Part shown: piece by piece, positions 52,630 to 62,305 of the stretch | How the letters are laid out: each line of letters starts with the position of its first letter | Position numbering within the stretch: the stretch's first letter is position 1 | From: Turneriella sp. | GTDB taxonomy: Bacteria; Spirochaetota; Leptospiria; Turneriellales; Turneriellaceae | DNA length: 64,000 nt | Assembly: GCA_046346945.1 (NCBI GenBank) | Contig: JAXMHE010000001.1 | Span: forward strand, 280,858-344,857 | Reading direction: 5' to 3' | Position numbers and translations under genes: made by a program | Notes under the pieces: generated by a model | The model's input: the letters and a program-made list of their open reading frames with translations, nothing else | Told to the model about the DNA's origin: nothing | The model's database searches: none

Positions 52630-54039
52630 ATGAAAATTTGGTCGTTGATTGTTTTTCCTTTTGTGTTGCTGATGGCAGAAAAGCCGCACGCGGAGTTAAT
52701 AACGGATTTATTGCAGAAGCAAAATTGGGACGCCGCAGAAAAAGAACTAGTCGGCTATATTAAAGAAAATCCTCGGCAGGCGTGGGCTTACACTTCGCGC
52801 GCATGGGCCCTTGAAAATCTGCGGCGCTACGACGAGGGTATCGCGGTCGTGCGCGACGCGCTGCGCCAGTGGCCTCAGGACACTAAGGTGAAGACGGCCC
52901 TGGGAAGGTTGCTGATCAAAAAGGCCGAGGCAATGCCCGCCCGCGAAGCGCAACCGCTTTTCATTGAAGCCGCAGCGGCTGACCCGCGTGATTATACCGA
53001 ATTCTGTCTTGCCCGGTCATACCGCAACCTCGGCGCGTATGCCGAAGCACTCGCCCAAATGGAAAATGGCCTGCGCAGGTATCCGAATTCCCAATATTTT
53101 CGCGAAGGACTGCCTTTTACCCGCTACCAGTATTTTAAGACGTTGCGGGCAACCGGCGACAAGGCGGGCATACGCGCCCAAGTTGATGCCGCATTAAGCC
53201 AGCTGCTCGCCGGTGATTACGAGCAATTTTATTATCAGCAGATTTTGCGTTTAGGTCTGCGCGATCTGGCCGACCGCAAATTTTTTCAGGCAACTTACGA
53301 CAGGTTATTTGCCCGGCACCCGCAAAATGCGGCACTGCACGACGACTACGGCTTTCAACTATATGCGAATTATCGCGTCCACGGCCGCCCCGATCAGGAT
53401 CTCAAGGAGACCGCGATTTCATGGCGGCGCAAGGCATACGATCTGTACTGGAAAGGTCGCTCTCTGCCAAAACCCGTCAAAGACCTCGGTTTTCCGCTCA
53501 AAGGCCGTAACATAGTGTGGAGTGAATTTGGTGGCAGCGCGATGACACATAACGGTTTGTCGCAATACTGCTATGATTTTGCCGCCGTAGATTTGCAAAA
53601 GAACAATAGCCTGCCGGGAAGCACCCGTCAAAAAAATTCGGATTATTATATGTTTGGCAAACCGGTTTTCGCGGTGGCAGACGGTATCGTGGCTGGAGTC
53701 ATCAATGAATTTCCCGACAACGAGCCGGGTGGTTATAGCGGAGATGCGAATACGATTACCCTGAAGCACCAGGGCTATTTTTCATTCTATGCCCACTTAA
53801 AGGCAAACGGAGTGATTGTGCGTGAAGGTCAAAAGGTGAAGAAGGGAACGCTGATCGGTTATGTCGGCAACAGCGGCATGTCGAGCGAATCGCATTTGCA
53901 CTTTTGCATCAATGCCGCCAATGGCGCCGATGTGACGATTCCGTTCAATTTCGCCAAAACGACCGTCGAAACCAAGGCGGGTCGCAAATCAGAATCAGAT
54001 GCGTTTTATAAAGAAGGCGATGTCGTAACCTTCAAATGA
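52630..54039 (+). CDS. TPR-repeat plus M23 peptidase exported protein
   Basis: TPR-like helices; H....CYDF, YAHLK, VGNSGMSSESHLHF. Confidence 0.85.
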   Translation: MKIWSLIVFPFVLLMAEKPHAELITDLLQKQNWDAAEKELVGYIKENPRQAWAYTSRAWALENLRRYDEGIAVVRDALRQWPQDTKVKTALGRLLIKKAEAMPAREAQPLFIEAAAADPRDYTEFCLARSYRNLGAYAEALAQMENGLRRYPNSQYFREGLPFTRYQYFKTLRATGDKAGIRAQVDAALSQLLAGDYEQFYYQQILRLGLRDLADRKFFQATYDRLFARHPQNAALHDDYGFQLYANYRVHGRPDQDLKETAISWRRKAYDLYWKGRSLPKPVKDLGFPLKGRNIVWSEFGGSAMTHNGLSQYCYDFAAVDLQKNNSLPGSTRQKNSDYYMFGKPVFAVADGIVAGVINEFPDNEPGGYSGDANTITLKHQGYFSFYAHLKANGVIVREGQKVKKGTLIGYVGNSGMSSESHLHFCINAANGADVTIPFNFAKTTVETKAGRKSESDAFYKEGDVVTFK

Positions 54040-54041
54040 GT

Positions 54042-55193
54042 TTACTCCACGGCAAAAGTTAATCCTGCGTATTTCTGCAGGCGTTCGACGAGCGGTGCCG
54101 CCATCACGCCACCAGGTGTGTAGACGCCGCCCGGTGATTTAGTTTCAAGCAGCGCAAGTGCTGCTTCAGAGATCATCTTGCTCGTCGAACCATAACCCGG
54201 GTCGCGGTCGCCTTTGACCGATGTCTTCAAAAAGCGCCCATCGGGATAGATGCCGGTAAAGACCACGTCGTAAAAGCCATTCTCACGCTCCTCTTTCGAC
54301 GGCCCGTCGCCGGGTTTGAGACCTTTGCCCGAAAATGGGTTGGCCTTTGCGGCGGCATCGACGAGCGCGCGTGCCGCTTCGCCGAGTGTCGTGAGCATCA
54401 TCTCGTCGTAGACGAAATTTTTGCCATACTGATGATTCAGCAGGAAGTTCGTGCGGTGCACGTTCTTGGTGTTGATCGGCGCCATGACAAACGGTGCAGC
54501 CCACACTCCGGCTTCTTTATCATATTCGGGAACCATCCCCGATGGTTGAGAAGGCCCTTCAAAACCGGGCGTGAGCGCAAATGGGTTATTGAGCAGACTC
54601 AATATGGATGGATCTTTGAACGAAGCTTTGAACGTCGCCTTCATACTGGCCATCGTGCCGCCCGAGGCGCCGCCCTGCATTTTGCGCACGCGGCCTTTTA
54701 CGCGCGGCGCAGGCGAACCGAACTGCTTAATGGCCTCTTGCTGCAGAAACCACACGCCGAGGTCAAAAGGAATCGAATCAAAGCCAGCCGACAGAATGAT
54801 GCGCGCGCCGCTTTTTTTGGCGGCAGCCTCATTGGCGTCGATCATCTGGCGCGCCCACGCGGGTTCGCCATTGAGGTCCAGGTAGTCAGTGCCCGACGCG
54901 GCACACTCAGCTACGAGTTCAGAGCCATAAAGCTGGTAAGGGCCGACGGTGGTTAGGACGCAGCGCGTGCGCTCGCACATCGCTCTGAGTGAAGCGGGAT
55001 TCGAGGCGTCGGCCTCGATAAGGGGGGTGTCTTTGGGGGCACCAATCAGGTCTCGCACTTCGGCGAGTTTTGCCGTGTTTCGGCCGGCCATTGCCCAGCC
55101 CCTGATGCCGCGTTGTGTCAGGTATTCAGCGACCAAACGGCCGGTAAAACCGGATGCGCCATACACGACGAGGTCGAATTCTTTTTTTGCCAT
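54042..55193 (-). CDS. Saccharopine dehydrogenase-like / trans-acting enoyl reductase
   Basis: VYGASGFTG, VGPYQLYG, GFDSIPFD, GDRDPGYGSTSKM. Confidence 0.88.
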   Translation of the reverse strand: MAKKEFDLVVYGASGFTGRLVAEYLTQRGIRGWAMAGRNTAKLAEVRDLIGAPKDTPLIEADASNPASLRAMCERTRCVLTTVGPYQLYGSELVAECAASGTDYLDLNGEPAWARQMIDANEAAAKKSGARIILSAGFDSIPFDLGVWFLQQEAIKQFGSPAPRVKGRVRKMQGGASGGTMASMKATFKASFKDPSILSLLNNPFALTPGFEGPSQPSGMVPEYDKEAGVWAAPFVMAPINTKNVHRTNFLLNHQYGKNFVYDEMMLTTLGEAARALVDAAAKANPFSGKGLKPGDGPSKEERENGFYDVVFTGIYPDGRFLKTSVKGDRDPGYGSTSKMISEAALALLETKSPGGVYTPGGVMAAPLVERLQKYAGLTFAVE

Positions 55194-55203
55194 GGGGAGA
55201 AAA

Positions 55204-55229
55204 TGGAGACGCGGCATGCCGCGTCTCCA
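55204..55229. repeat. 26-bp perfect palindrome, REP-like
   Basis: TGGAGACGCGGCATGCCGCGTCTCCA between divergent genes. Confidence 0.7.
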
Positions 55230-55281
55230 CAAATCTCAGAAAATTTGTTGCCGCATCGTAGAGATTACACCAAAATGAAAA

Positions 55282-56532
55282 ATGTCTTCTGTCCCCAAAA
55301 TCACCGTCGACGGCAAACGGGTTTCTGACGAACTCGAAAAGCTCGCGCGCTTCTCAGACCATGAGTATCCCGCGGTGACTCGTATCATCTTCACCGAGAA
55401 CGACCTCAAGGCACGTGGCTATTTTAAGTCGCTCGCGCGCGAGGCGGGCCTGCACGTGCGCGAAGATTCGATCGGCAATATCTTTGTGCGGCTCGGCGAT
55501 GAAAAAGCCCTGGGTGCAATCGGCACCGGTTCGCACTGCGATGCGGTGCCACACGCGGGTCGCTTTGATGGCACAGTGGGAGTGTTCGGCGGACTCGAAG
55601 CTCTGCGCGCGCTCAAGAATGCAGGCTTTCAGCCAAAGCGGCCTCTCGAAGTGGTTTTTTTCACGTCCGAAGAACCCACGCGTTTCGGCATTGGTTGCAT
55701 CGGCAGCCGCATTATGTCGAATACCATCGCGCTGGACAAAGTGGCAGCACTGCGCGACAAAGATGGTCTGAGTTTCGACCAGGCGCGTGACTCCGCCGGG
55801 TATAAGGGCGCCGTCAAAGACTCAATCCTCCCTAAGGGTTATTATGACTACTTCGTTGAATTGCACATCGAACAGGGGCCGGTGCTCGAGCGCGAGAAAA
55901 AGCAGATTGGGATTGTGACTGGTATCGCCGCCCCGGCTTCGTTTCGCATCCATTTCACCGGAGAGGGCGGCCATGCGGGTGGAGTGCTGATGCCTGCGCG
56001 TCGCGATGCCCTCGTGCCGTGCGCGATTCTCATTCAGGAAACCGAACGGCTCGCGAAAACGAGTGCGAGCCCTGACACCGTTGGCACCGTCGGTGTTGTG
56101 AAGGTGCACCCGGGGGCGATCAACAGCATACCGGCGAAGGCCACGGTTGAATTCGACATCCGCGACATTCGTCTCGACACACGCGACTTGGTGGTGAATG
56201 AAGTCAAGGCGCTCGCGAAGAGTCTTGCCGACGAACGAGGGCTCAAAGTCGAAATTGAAGACATCAACTCAGACCCACCGGCGGTCTCCGATGAAACGAT
56301 TCTGAAAATCGCCGAGGTGGCGACGAATGCCTATGGTTATTCGCACATGCGGCTACCGAGCCGCGCATACCACGACTCGCTCTTCATCGCGCGTATTGCG
56401 CCGATGGGAATGATTTTTGTGCCGTCAAAGAGCGGCTACAGCCACCGCAGCGACGAATACACTTCACCCGAAGAGATCGCGCGTGGTGTGGAAATTCTGG
56501 CGCAGACAATGGCAGAACTGTCGCTGAGGTAA
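55282..56532 (+). CDS. Ureidoglycolate amidohydrolase-like M20 hydrolase (plant UAH type)
   Basis: FTSEEPTRFGIGC.GSR, IAAPAS, GGHAG.VLMP, HPGAINSIP, SRAYHDSLF.ARI.PMGMIF, as I recall them from plant UAH. Confidence 0.8.
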   Translation: MSSVPKITVDGKRVSDELEKLARFSDHEYPAVTRIIFTENDLKARGYFKSLAREAGLHVREDSIGNIFVRLGDEKALGAIGTGSHCDAVPHAGRFDGTVGVFGGLEALRALKNAGFQPKRPLEVVFFTSEEPTRFGIGCIGSRIMSNTIALDKVAALRDKDGLSFDQARDSAGYKGAVKDSILPKGYYDYFVELHIEQGPVLEREKKQIGIVTGIAAPASFRIHFTGEGGHAGGVLMPARRDALVPCAILIQETERLAKTSASPDTVGTVGVVKVHPGAINSIPAKATVEFDIRDIRLDTRDLVVNEVKALAKSLADERGLKVEIEDINSDPPAVSDETILKIAEVATNAYGYSHMRLPSRAYHDSLFIARIAPMGMIFVPSKSGYSHRSDEYTSPEEIARGVEILAQTMAELSLR

Positions 56533-56939
56533 TGGCCTCATACCAGAATTTTCTATTTTCGGCAGAACCATCTGAGGTATTCTTCACCCGCGTCAAAGCA
56601 GCCTTAAAAAACTTCTGCGATGGTCTCAAAAGAACAACCTCTCTTATGGCAGATGACCGCCGGGCCCGCGTCGAATTCTATCGTGAAGAATATTATTTCT
56701 ATCTATCGCTGGTCGGTGAAAGTTGGGTAGTCGAAGAATCGCGTGAAATAGCGGAAAATAACGCCACACGCGGTGAATCCGTCGTGATCAGAGAATGTCC
56801 GTATCGGGTAGAGTTTTACGGTGACGATGACGTGAATATGGACTACTTCAATGATTACTTCGGAATTATGGAAGAATTCCAAAAAATACCGGGGATAATC
56901 ATTTACGATTATCCGAACGGTACTTTTTTTGGCGATTAA
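56532..56939 (+). CDS. Acidic hypothetical protein coupled to the UAH-like gene
   Basis: TAATG overlap; 135-aa open frame. Confidence 0.65.
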   Translation: MASYQNFLFSAEPSEVFFTRVKAALKNFCDGLKRTTSLMADDRRARVEFYREEYYFYLSLVGESWVVEESREIAENNATRGESVVIRECPYRVEFYGDDDVNMDYFNDYFGIMEEFQKIPGIIIYDYPNGTFFGD

Positions 56940-57340
56940 AGCGCCGCTAAGCCGGCTTTCGCTACCTGGGTATCCTGCGCAGAGAGCGCGCCAGAAACAC
57001 CGATGGCCCCGATTATCTTGCCGTCCTTCAGAATCAACTCGCCACCCTCGACAGGTATCACACCGGGCATGCCCAGCATCTTTAAGCCTACGCCGCCCTT
57101 CTCAATGATATCTTCTATTGCCTTGGTTGGGCGTTTGAATTTGAGCGAGGTTGTCGCCTTTTGCTGGCAGACGTCGATGGAGCCCAATTGCGTATTATCC
57201 ATCTTTTCGAGCAGCACGAGGTTTGCGCCCGAATCGACTATGGCTATGGCCATATTCCAGCCATTCTTTGTTGCTTCTGTCTGTGCTGCTGCGACGATCT
57301 TCTTCGCCTCGGCAAGTTTTATGGGTTCACCGTATGTCAT
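56936..57340 (-). CDS. GlcG/HbpS-family heme-binding protein
   Basis: AIAIVDSGANL..L.KMD...KA.T...EGG....DGKIIGAIGVSG. Confidence 0.88.
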   Translation of the reverse strand: MTYGEPIKLAEAKKIVAAAQTEATKNGWNMAIAIVDSGANLVLLEKMDNTQLGSIDVCQQKATTSLKFKRPTKAIEDIIEKGGVGLKMLGMPGVIPVEGGELILKDGKIIGAIGVSGALSAQDTQVAKAGLAAL

Positions 57341-57523
57341 GGGAGAATAGATTGCGAAATCCGCTGTGGCGGCAATCGGAAATTCCATAAATCGGTTGTC
57401 GCAGAAAAAGTATCTGTATATGCGGTCTTACCGATCTGAATTAGATTAAGGCTGCGGCAGCTCATCCGAGGGGTTCTGTATCTCACCGTCTTAATGAATA
57501 AAAAATAAAAGAGGAAGATAAAC

Positions 57524-57832
57524 TTGGCCGAATTGCCGCAAGATAACAGGCGCGAACATTCCCGATACAAGTATGTCAAACCGATGCAACTCACCGTTGC
57601 GAAGCGCACGCTCAAAGGATTCATGGCCGATATCGGCCAGGGTGGCGCATCGTTCATCGTCGATACGATGGTTGCCCCCGGCAATGTCAAAGTGGAAATT
57701 CCTGAAGCGGATCTTGTGCTTGAAGGGCGCATACTCGGCCACCAGCCCGCCGCACATCCTGGACTTTACCGCCACCACATGCAATTCAAATCAATTCTGC
57801 TCACTGCCGATCTCGAAAATCTGCTTGGCTGA
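57524..57832 (+). CDS. Stand-alone PilZ-domain protein
   Basis: RREHSR (RxxxR) and DIGQGG (D/NxSxxG-like); GAGG RBS before the TTG start. Confidence 0.75.
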   Translation: MAELPQDNRREHSRYKYVKPMQLTVAKRTLKGFMADIGQGGASFIVDTMVAPGNVKVEIPEADLVLEGRILGHQPAAHPGLYRHHMQFKSILLTADLENLLG

Positions 57833-57872
57833 TTGGCCTTGACATGCCGTATTGGCGATTACTCATCACTGC

Positions 57873-58592
57873 ATGCATTCACCTTTCTGGGGCGAGTTTT
57901 TCGGCACGATGGTGCTCATCATTCTGGGCAGCGGCGTGGTGGCCGGTGTCTTGCTTGAAAAATCCAAGGCGCAGAACGCAGGGTGGATTGTTATCACAGC
58001 TGGTTGGGCGTTTGCCGTCACCTTAGGCGTTTTTACCGCGAAAACCTTTGGCAGCGCTGATGCACACCTGAACCCGGCTGTAACGCTCGCATTTGCCGTG
58101 AAGTCGGGTTCGTTTGAAAATATTTTGCCTTATTTCAGCGCACAGTTCAGCGGTGCCTTTGCAGGCGCGATTGTTACCTGGTTGCATTACCTGCCGCATT
58201 GGGGTGAAACCAAAGACAGCAGCCTCAAGCTTGCAGTATTTTCGACAAGCCCCGCGATGCGACACCCGATGGCGAATTTGATCAGCGAAATTTTCGGCAC
58301 AATGGTTTTGATCATTGGTATCTATGCCATCTTCTCGCGGGGTTCAGGCGGCATCTCGGCCGGCATGGGCCCCTTTCTGGTCGGCATACTCGTGTGGGCA
58401 ATCGGGCTGTCGATGGGTGGCACCACCGGATATGCGATTAATCCGGCGCGCGACCTTGGCCCGCGCGTCGCACACGCGCTGCTACCGATACCGGGCAAAG
58501 GTCCTTCTGACTGGCGTTATGCCTGGGTGCCGGTGTTGGCACCCTTGATCGGCGGTGCGCTGGGCGGCTTGCTGATGCGCGTCGCAGGATAG
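57873..58592 (+). CDS. MIP-family aquaglyceroporin (GlpF-like)
   Basis: AHLNPAVT and GYAINPARDLGPR. Confidence 0.92.
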   Translation: MHSPFWGEFFGTMVLIILGSGVVAGVLLEKSKAQNAGWIVITAGWAFAVTLGVFTAKTFGSADAHLNPAVTLAFAVKSGSFENILPYFSAQFSGAFAGAIVTWLHYLPHWGETKDSSLKLAVFSTSPAMRHPMANLISEIFGTMVLIIGIYAIFSRGSGGISAGMGPFLVGILVWAIGLSMGGTTGYAINPARDLGPRVAHALLPIPGKGPSDWRYAWVPVLAPLIGGALGGLLMRVAG

Positions 58593-58634
58593 CAACGCCG
58601 CTTGACGGCGCGATGCGTCACGGCATCAGCACCC

Positions 58635-59378
58635 ATGCAAACACCCCATACCGCGCTCACCCGTAGCCGCATTACGAGCGACCACGCCCTGATTACACCC
58701 GAAAGCCATGTGCAACTTTCGCCGCCGGGTTGGTCAAAAGCCACCGTCGTCTATTTTATTTCGCCTCAGATGGGCGCGAACTTCACCATGTTCATGGGTG
58801 TCTATGAGGCCGGCGGCGAATGCCAGCGTAAGCTGAAAGACAATGAGATTCTCGCGTACGTGCTCGATGGTGAGGTGGATCTGCACTTTGAAGGCCATAA
58901 CCCACTGAATGCAGGCTCGTTCTTTTTTCTGCCGCCAGGCAGCGATTTTACGATTAAGGCGAAGAAGCAGAGCAGGGTATTATGTTTCGAAAAAATGTAT
59001 GAACCTCTCGACGGGATCAATCCGCCTAAAGCAATCATTTCACATGAAAACAAAATCACCAAAGAGGCATTTCTCGGCGACCCCGGTGCGCTGCTGCAGG
59101 TGCTGATGCCAATGGATGCGCAGTATGACATGGGTGTGAATATTTTTGAGTTCGTGCCGGGTGGCACGCTGCCGAACGTGGAGAACCACTACATGGAACA
59201 CGGGCTCTTTGTGCTGCAGGGCCAGGGAGTGTATCGCCTTGCCGAGAGCTGGTACCCCGTGCAGAAAGACGACGCGATCTGGATGGCGCCATATTGCCTG
59301 CAGTGGTTTGTCGCGTCGGGCAAAGAGAACACGAAGTATATTTACTACAAGGATATGAATAGGCCACCGTTGGTTTAG
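58635..59378 (+). CDS. allE: (S)-ureidoglycine aminohydrolase (bicupin)
   Basis: ITPESHV, VENHYMEHGL..L.GQGVYRL...WYPV...D.IWMAPYC.QW...YYKDMNR. Confidence 0.92.
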   Translation: MQTPHTALTRSRITSDHALITPESHVQLSPPGWSKATVVYFISPQMGANFTMFMGVYEAGGECQRKLKDNEILAYVLDGEVDLHFEGHNPLNAGSFFFLPPGSDFTIKAKKQSRVLCFEKMYEPLDGINPPKAIISHENKITKEAFLGDPGALLQVLMPMDAQYDMGVNIFEFVPGGTLPNVENHYMEHGLFVLQGQGVYRLAESWYPVQKDDAIWMAPYCLQWFVASGKENTKYIYYKDMNRPPLV

Positions 59379-59452
59379 AAACAGGATGTTTCAAACCAAC
59401 CGCTGCCACGGACGGCATCTTTGCGGTTGGTCAGCGCTTGGGAGGAATACAT

Positions 59453-59611
59453 ATGGCACTCGGAGAAAACTTAATTGCAAAGGGTTTGTTGACCCAGGCA
59501 CAGCTTGAAGCGGCACTGGCTAAGCAGAAAGAATCGCCGGGGATGAGAATCGGCGAGATTTTGGTGCAGCTGGGTTATGTGACGAAGGAACAGGTGGAGG
59601 CAGCGTTGTAG
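59453..59611 (+). CDS. Stand-alone MshEN-like mini-protein (52 aa), not in the ORF track
   Basis: GGAGGA RBS at 59441; MALGENLIAKGLLTQAQLEAALAKQKESPGMRIGEILVQLGYVTKEQVEAAL*. Confidence 0.85.
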   Translation: MALGENLIAKGLLTQAQLEAALAKQKESPGMRIGEILVQLGYVTKEQVEAAL

Positions 59612-59776
59612 GGGATGACGTGTAAAAGATATTGTCTGAAATAATTGCGCCCTTTCCATTCGTCGGCATCTTTGGCGACGCGGCGATTTGAAATTGGAAG
59701 AATATAAGAAGTTTAGATTTTCGACAGTATATGCACCAATGCAGTGGGGCACAGAAGCATGTCTACCCCTTAGCCT

Positions 59777-60370
59777 TTACGGATGAACAGAAAATTCCAC
59801 GCTTTTGTGCGGATAGAATTTTTTGTTATCGTCAGAGCGATACCCCGAACTCGAAGCCATCGAGACGCCAAATAAATACGTCCCGGCTTTAAGTGGGCAT
59901 CTTTCGGAAATTCCAAACCATTTTTCCCTAACCCGATGGGCAAAGTTCACTATCTTGATATCTTGCTTGGTCATTGGTTCTATGGCCGAGGGTATTTCTG
60001 ATTCACCTGTCTTGAGCGCACAATACGGTACCATTCGCCGGGTGGCTTTATCGTAGAGTCGAAAGTAAAAATAATCCCGGCTAAACGATTTCTCGCCGAA
60101 AGCGTAGGTTTCCCAAGTCATGTTGCTTAGCCGAACTTGGATAACAATCTTATCATGTACTGCAAAAGACTCAGAGCTCAGCATAATTTCAATCTCGTTA
60201 CCGGGCCGCTCCATGGGCTCTTTAGTCTTTTGAACGCCCGTTCCTTCATTTACCTGCGTCAAGACTTGACTACAGGTGCACCCACGAAAGGGATCAAAAT
60301 GCGCTCCAAAAATTAATGAAGGTGTGAAAAATACGGAAAAGATGAAGAGCAATGTAATCCTGCTTCGCAT
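59777..60370 (-). CDS. Exported hypothetical protein
   Basis: Signal peptide; AT-richer than flanking genes. Confidence 0.65.
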   Translation of the reverse strand: MRSRITLLFIFSVFFTPSLIFGAHFDPFRGCTCSQVLTQVNEGTGVQKTKEPMERPGNEIEIMLSSESFAVHDKIVIQVRLSNMTWETYAFGEKSFSRDYFYFRLYDKATRRMVPYCALKTGESEIPSAIEPMTKQDIKIVNFAHRVREKWFGISERCPLKAGTYLFGVSMASSSGYRSDDNKKFYPHKSVEFSVHP

Positions 60371-60613
60371 CTACATTGGTTGTTCGGGCAATGTACGTAG
60401 CGTCAATTAACTTCGACCTTACCCCCGAAGCCCTTATTCTATTGGGGGCCAAAATAAGGTTGAGGAGGCATAATTCTTGAAGCCCGGCCATCGTAGCCGG
60501 GCTCGCGAGGCGCTCCGGGCACATTTTGCTTGTGCCTAGAAGTCCAAGCAAAAACGTCTAGGTAAGTCAGGCCTCAAAGGAGGATGCTTTGTCGTGTTGA
60601 ATCTTCGAAGTTG

Positions 60614-61657
60614 TTACCCTGGTGGTAGTTTGAAATCCTTAATCAAAATAATGGCGTAAACGGGGGAAAGCACAGTATCAACAGGTATAGTGATCAGATA
60701 CAAAGGTATATAAAAGCCACCATACCAAACCTTAGGCGATGATAAATAGCAACCGGTCTCATTAAAATTAAGCCTGTCCGATACAGCCGCTGGTAAGCGA
60801 AGCCCATAACGCACCAGAGATTTTCCCTTATTCGTCGGGTAGCTCAATATCTGCAAATCCGGTGGTTGATCTTGCATTTTTAGCTCGACTAAGTCTTTTG
60901 AATAGGGCGACTGATCCAGGGGTTCTTCAGCGACCTGGCTATTTGTATATCCCGATTCGTAATGCCCTCCCCATTTCTTATGTAGAAGCCGGGAAACGTG
61001 CCCTCTCGTTAGCGTAACATAGCTCAGATTTCCGGGGCCTTGTGATTTCTCCAGTCTTGAGGTCACATAATGTAAGCGATCATACGCGAAATAGATTTCA
61101 TTAAATACCGTTTGAAGGTAGACCTTCCGAACCGGAAGCTCTCTAAGGGGAGAATATTCGATATCTGCATTGATGAACACAGGCATAGCCTTATGCGTTT
61201 CAACACTCGAATACGAGACGCGCCATGTTAATTCTGTTATCGTAATCGAACTTAAGTTCTTGGTTTTTTGTCCGCCGCTACGGAAGAAAATAGTCTGCTC
61301 TTTCTTCTCCAGCGGATATTCATACGCTCGCAAAAACTCTGATAATTCCATCGAGCCCTGAATCGGCAATAATTCTTGCCCATTCTGTGGGTACCCGCAA
61401 TTCACGGCCCGCGTATTTTGACTGGCATGGTTATACTCAATAGCTAAGTCCCCATTTCTCAAAATCGCAATCTTTTTTGGGCCTTCGATATCCGTAAAAT
61501 CCTCACTCCTTTTGGGGGACGGTCTTTCAACCAGATGTGTATTTACGTAACGAGTCGCCAAACAGTTCATGGAGAATAGCGGCAAAATCACCGTTACCCA
61601 GGCAAAGGCGCAAAAATAATCTGAAATCCAGCCGCGATTTCTCAGATTTCGATTCAC
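60614..61657 (-). CDS. Hypothetical lipoprotein with hydrophobic C-terminus
   Basis: Probable GTG start at 61657; FSMNC lipobox-like; C-terminal LYLITIPVDTVLSP; AT-rich. Confidence 0.6.
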   Translation of the reverse strand: MNRNLRNRGWISDYFCAFAWVTVILPLFSMNCLATRYVNTHLVERPSPKRSEDFTDIEGPKKIAILRNGDLAIEYNHASQNTRAVNCGYPQNGQELLPIQGSMELSEFLRAYEYPLEKKEQTIFFRSGGQKTKNLSSITITELTWRVSYSSVETHKAMPVFINADIEYSPLRELPVRKVYLQTVFNEIYFAYDRLHYVTSRLEKSQGPGNLSYVTLTRGHVSRLLHKKWGGHYESGYTNSQVAEEPLDQSPYSKDLVELKMQDQPPDLQILSYPTNKGKSLVRYGLRLPAAVSDRLNFNETGCYLSSPKVWYGGFYIPLYLITIPVDTVLSPVYAIILIKDFKLPPG

Positions 61658-61813
61658 CTCGACTACGATGAACTGCGTGACTGCTGAGTCAATGGAAAAA
61701 AGAGTGCATCCGCAAACTTCAGACAACAAATTTACATGTTGCACTGTCTGAGATGCCATTGCTCCTCGCGTGCTCGGCCCTACGCGACAGGTAAATTCCG
61801 CGTTGAGGCACTC

Positions 61814-62305
61814 TTAGAAGAGATTGCGCTTTGCCCGTAACGCAGCAATCGCTGCATCACCTACTGCCGATTCGATGCGCAAATCTTGCTGATCCCATTT
61901 TAGCAGGGCATACGATTCGCCAACTTTGATCTGGCCGCGGTCGTAAGCGTCTACAATTACCCGCTCGCCATCGAGCACAATGCGATAACCATCTCTCACA
62001 TTGCCCCGCCAGACACTGGGCTTGTCGCTGACGATGCCATAATAAAAAACAAGCCTATCCTGCGCCAGATATTTGTTAAATTTCGCCCGCGTAAAATGCG
62101 TAATTGCCTGGAATAACAGAAACATTGCACCACAAAAAATGACGGTAAAAAAGAACCAAACGTCATATCCATTGAAGGGAATCGCCATTGCAACGGAGAA
62201 GAGAATAACCAGTATCAAGAATCCATAAAGAATGCGAACGACAATTTTTGCTCTTCGGGATAGTTCTTCTTTTTCCTGAGGGCCAGCCGGATAGTATTTT
62301 TTCAT
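61814..62305 (-). CDS. Two-TM hypothetical membrane protein
   Basis: GGAG RBS; two hydrophobic helices. Confidence 0.65.
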   Translation of the reverse strand: MKKYYPAGPQEKEELSRRAKIVVRILYGFLILVILFSVAMAIPFNGYDVWFFFTVIFCGAMFLLFQAITHFTRAKFNKYLAQDRLVFYYGIVSDKPSVWRGNVRDGYRIVLDGERVIVDAYDRGQIKVGESYALLKWDQQDLRIESAVGDAAIAALRAKRNLF

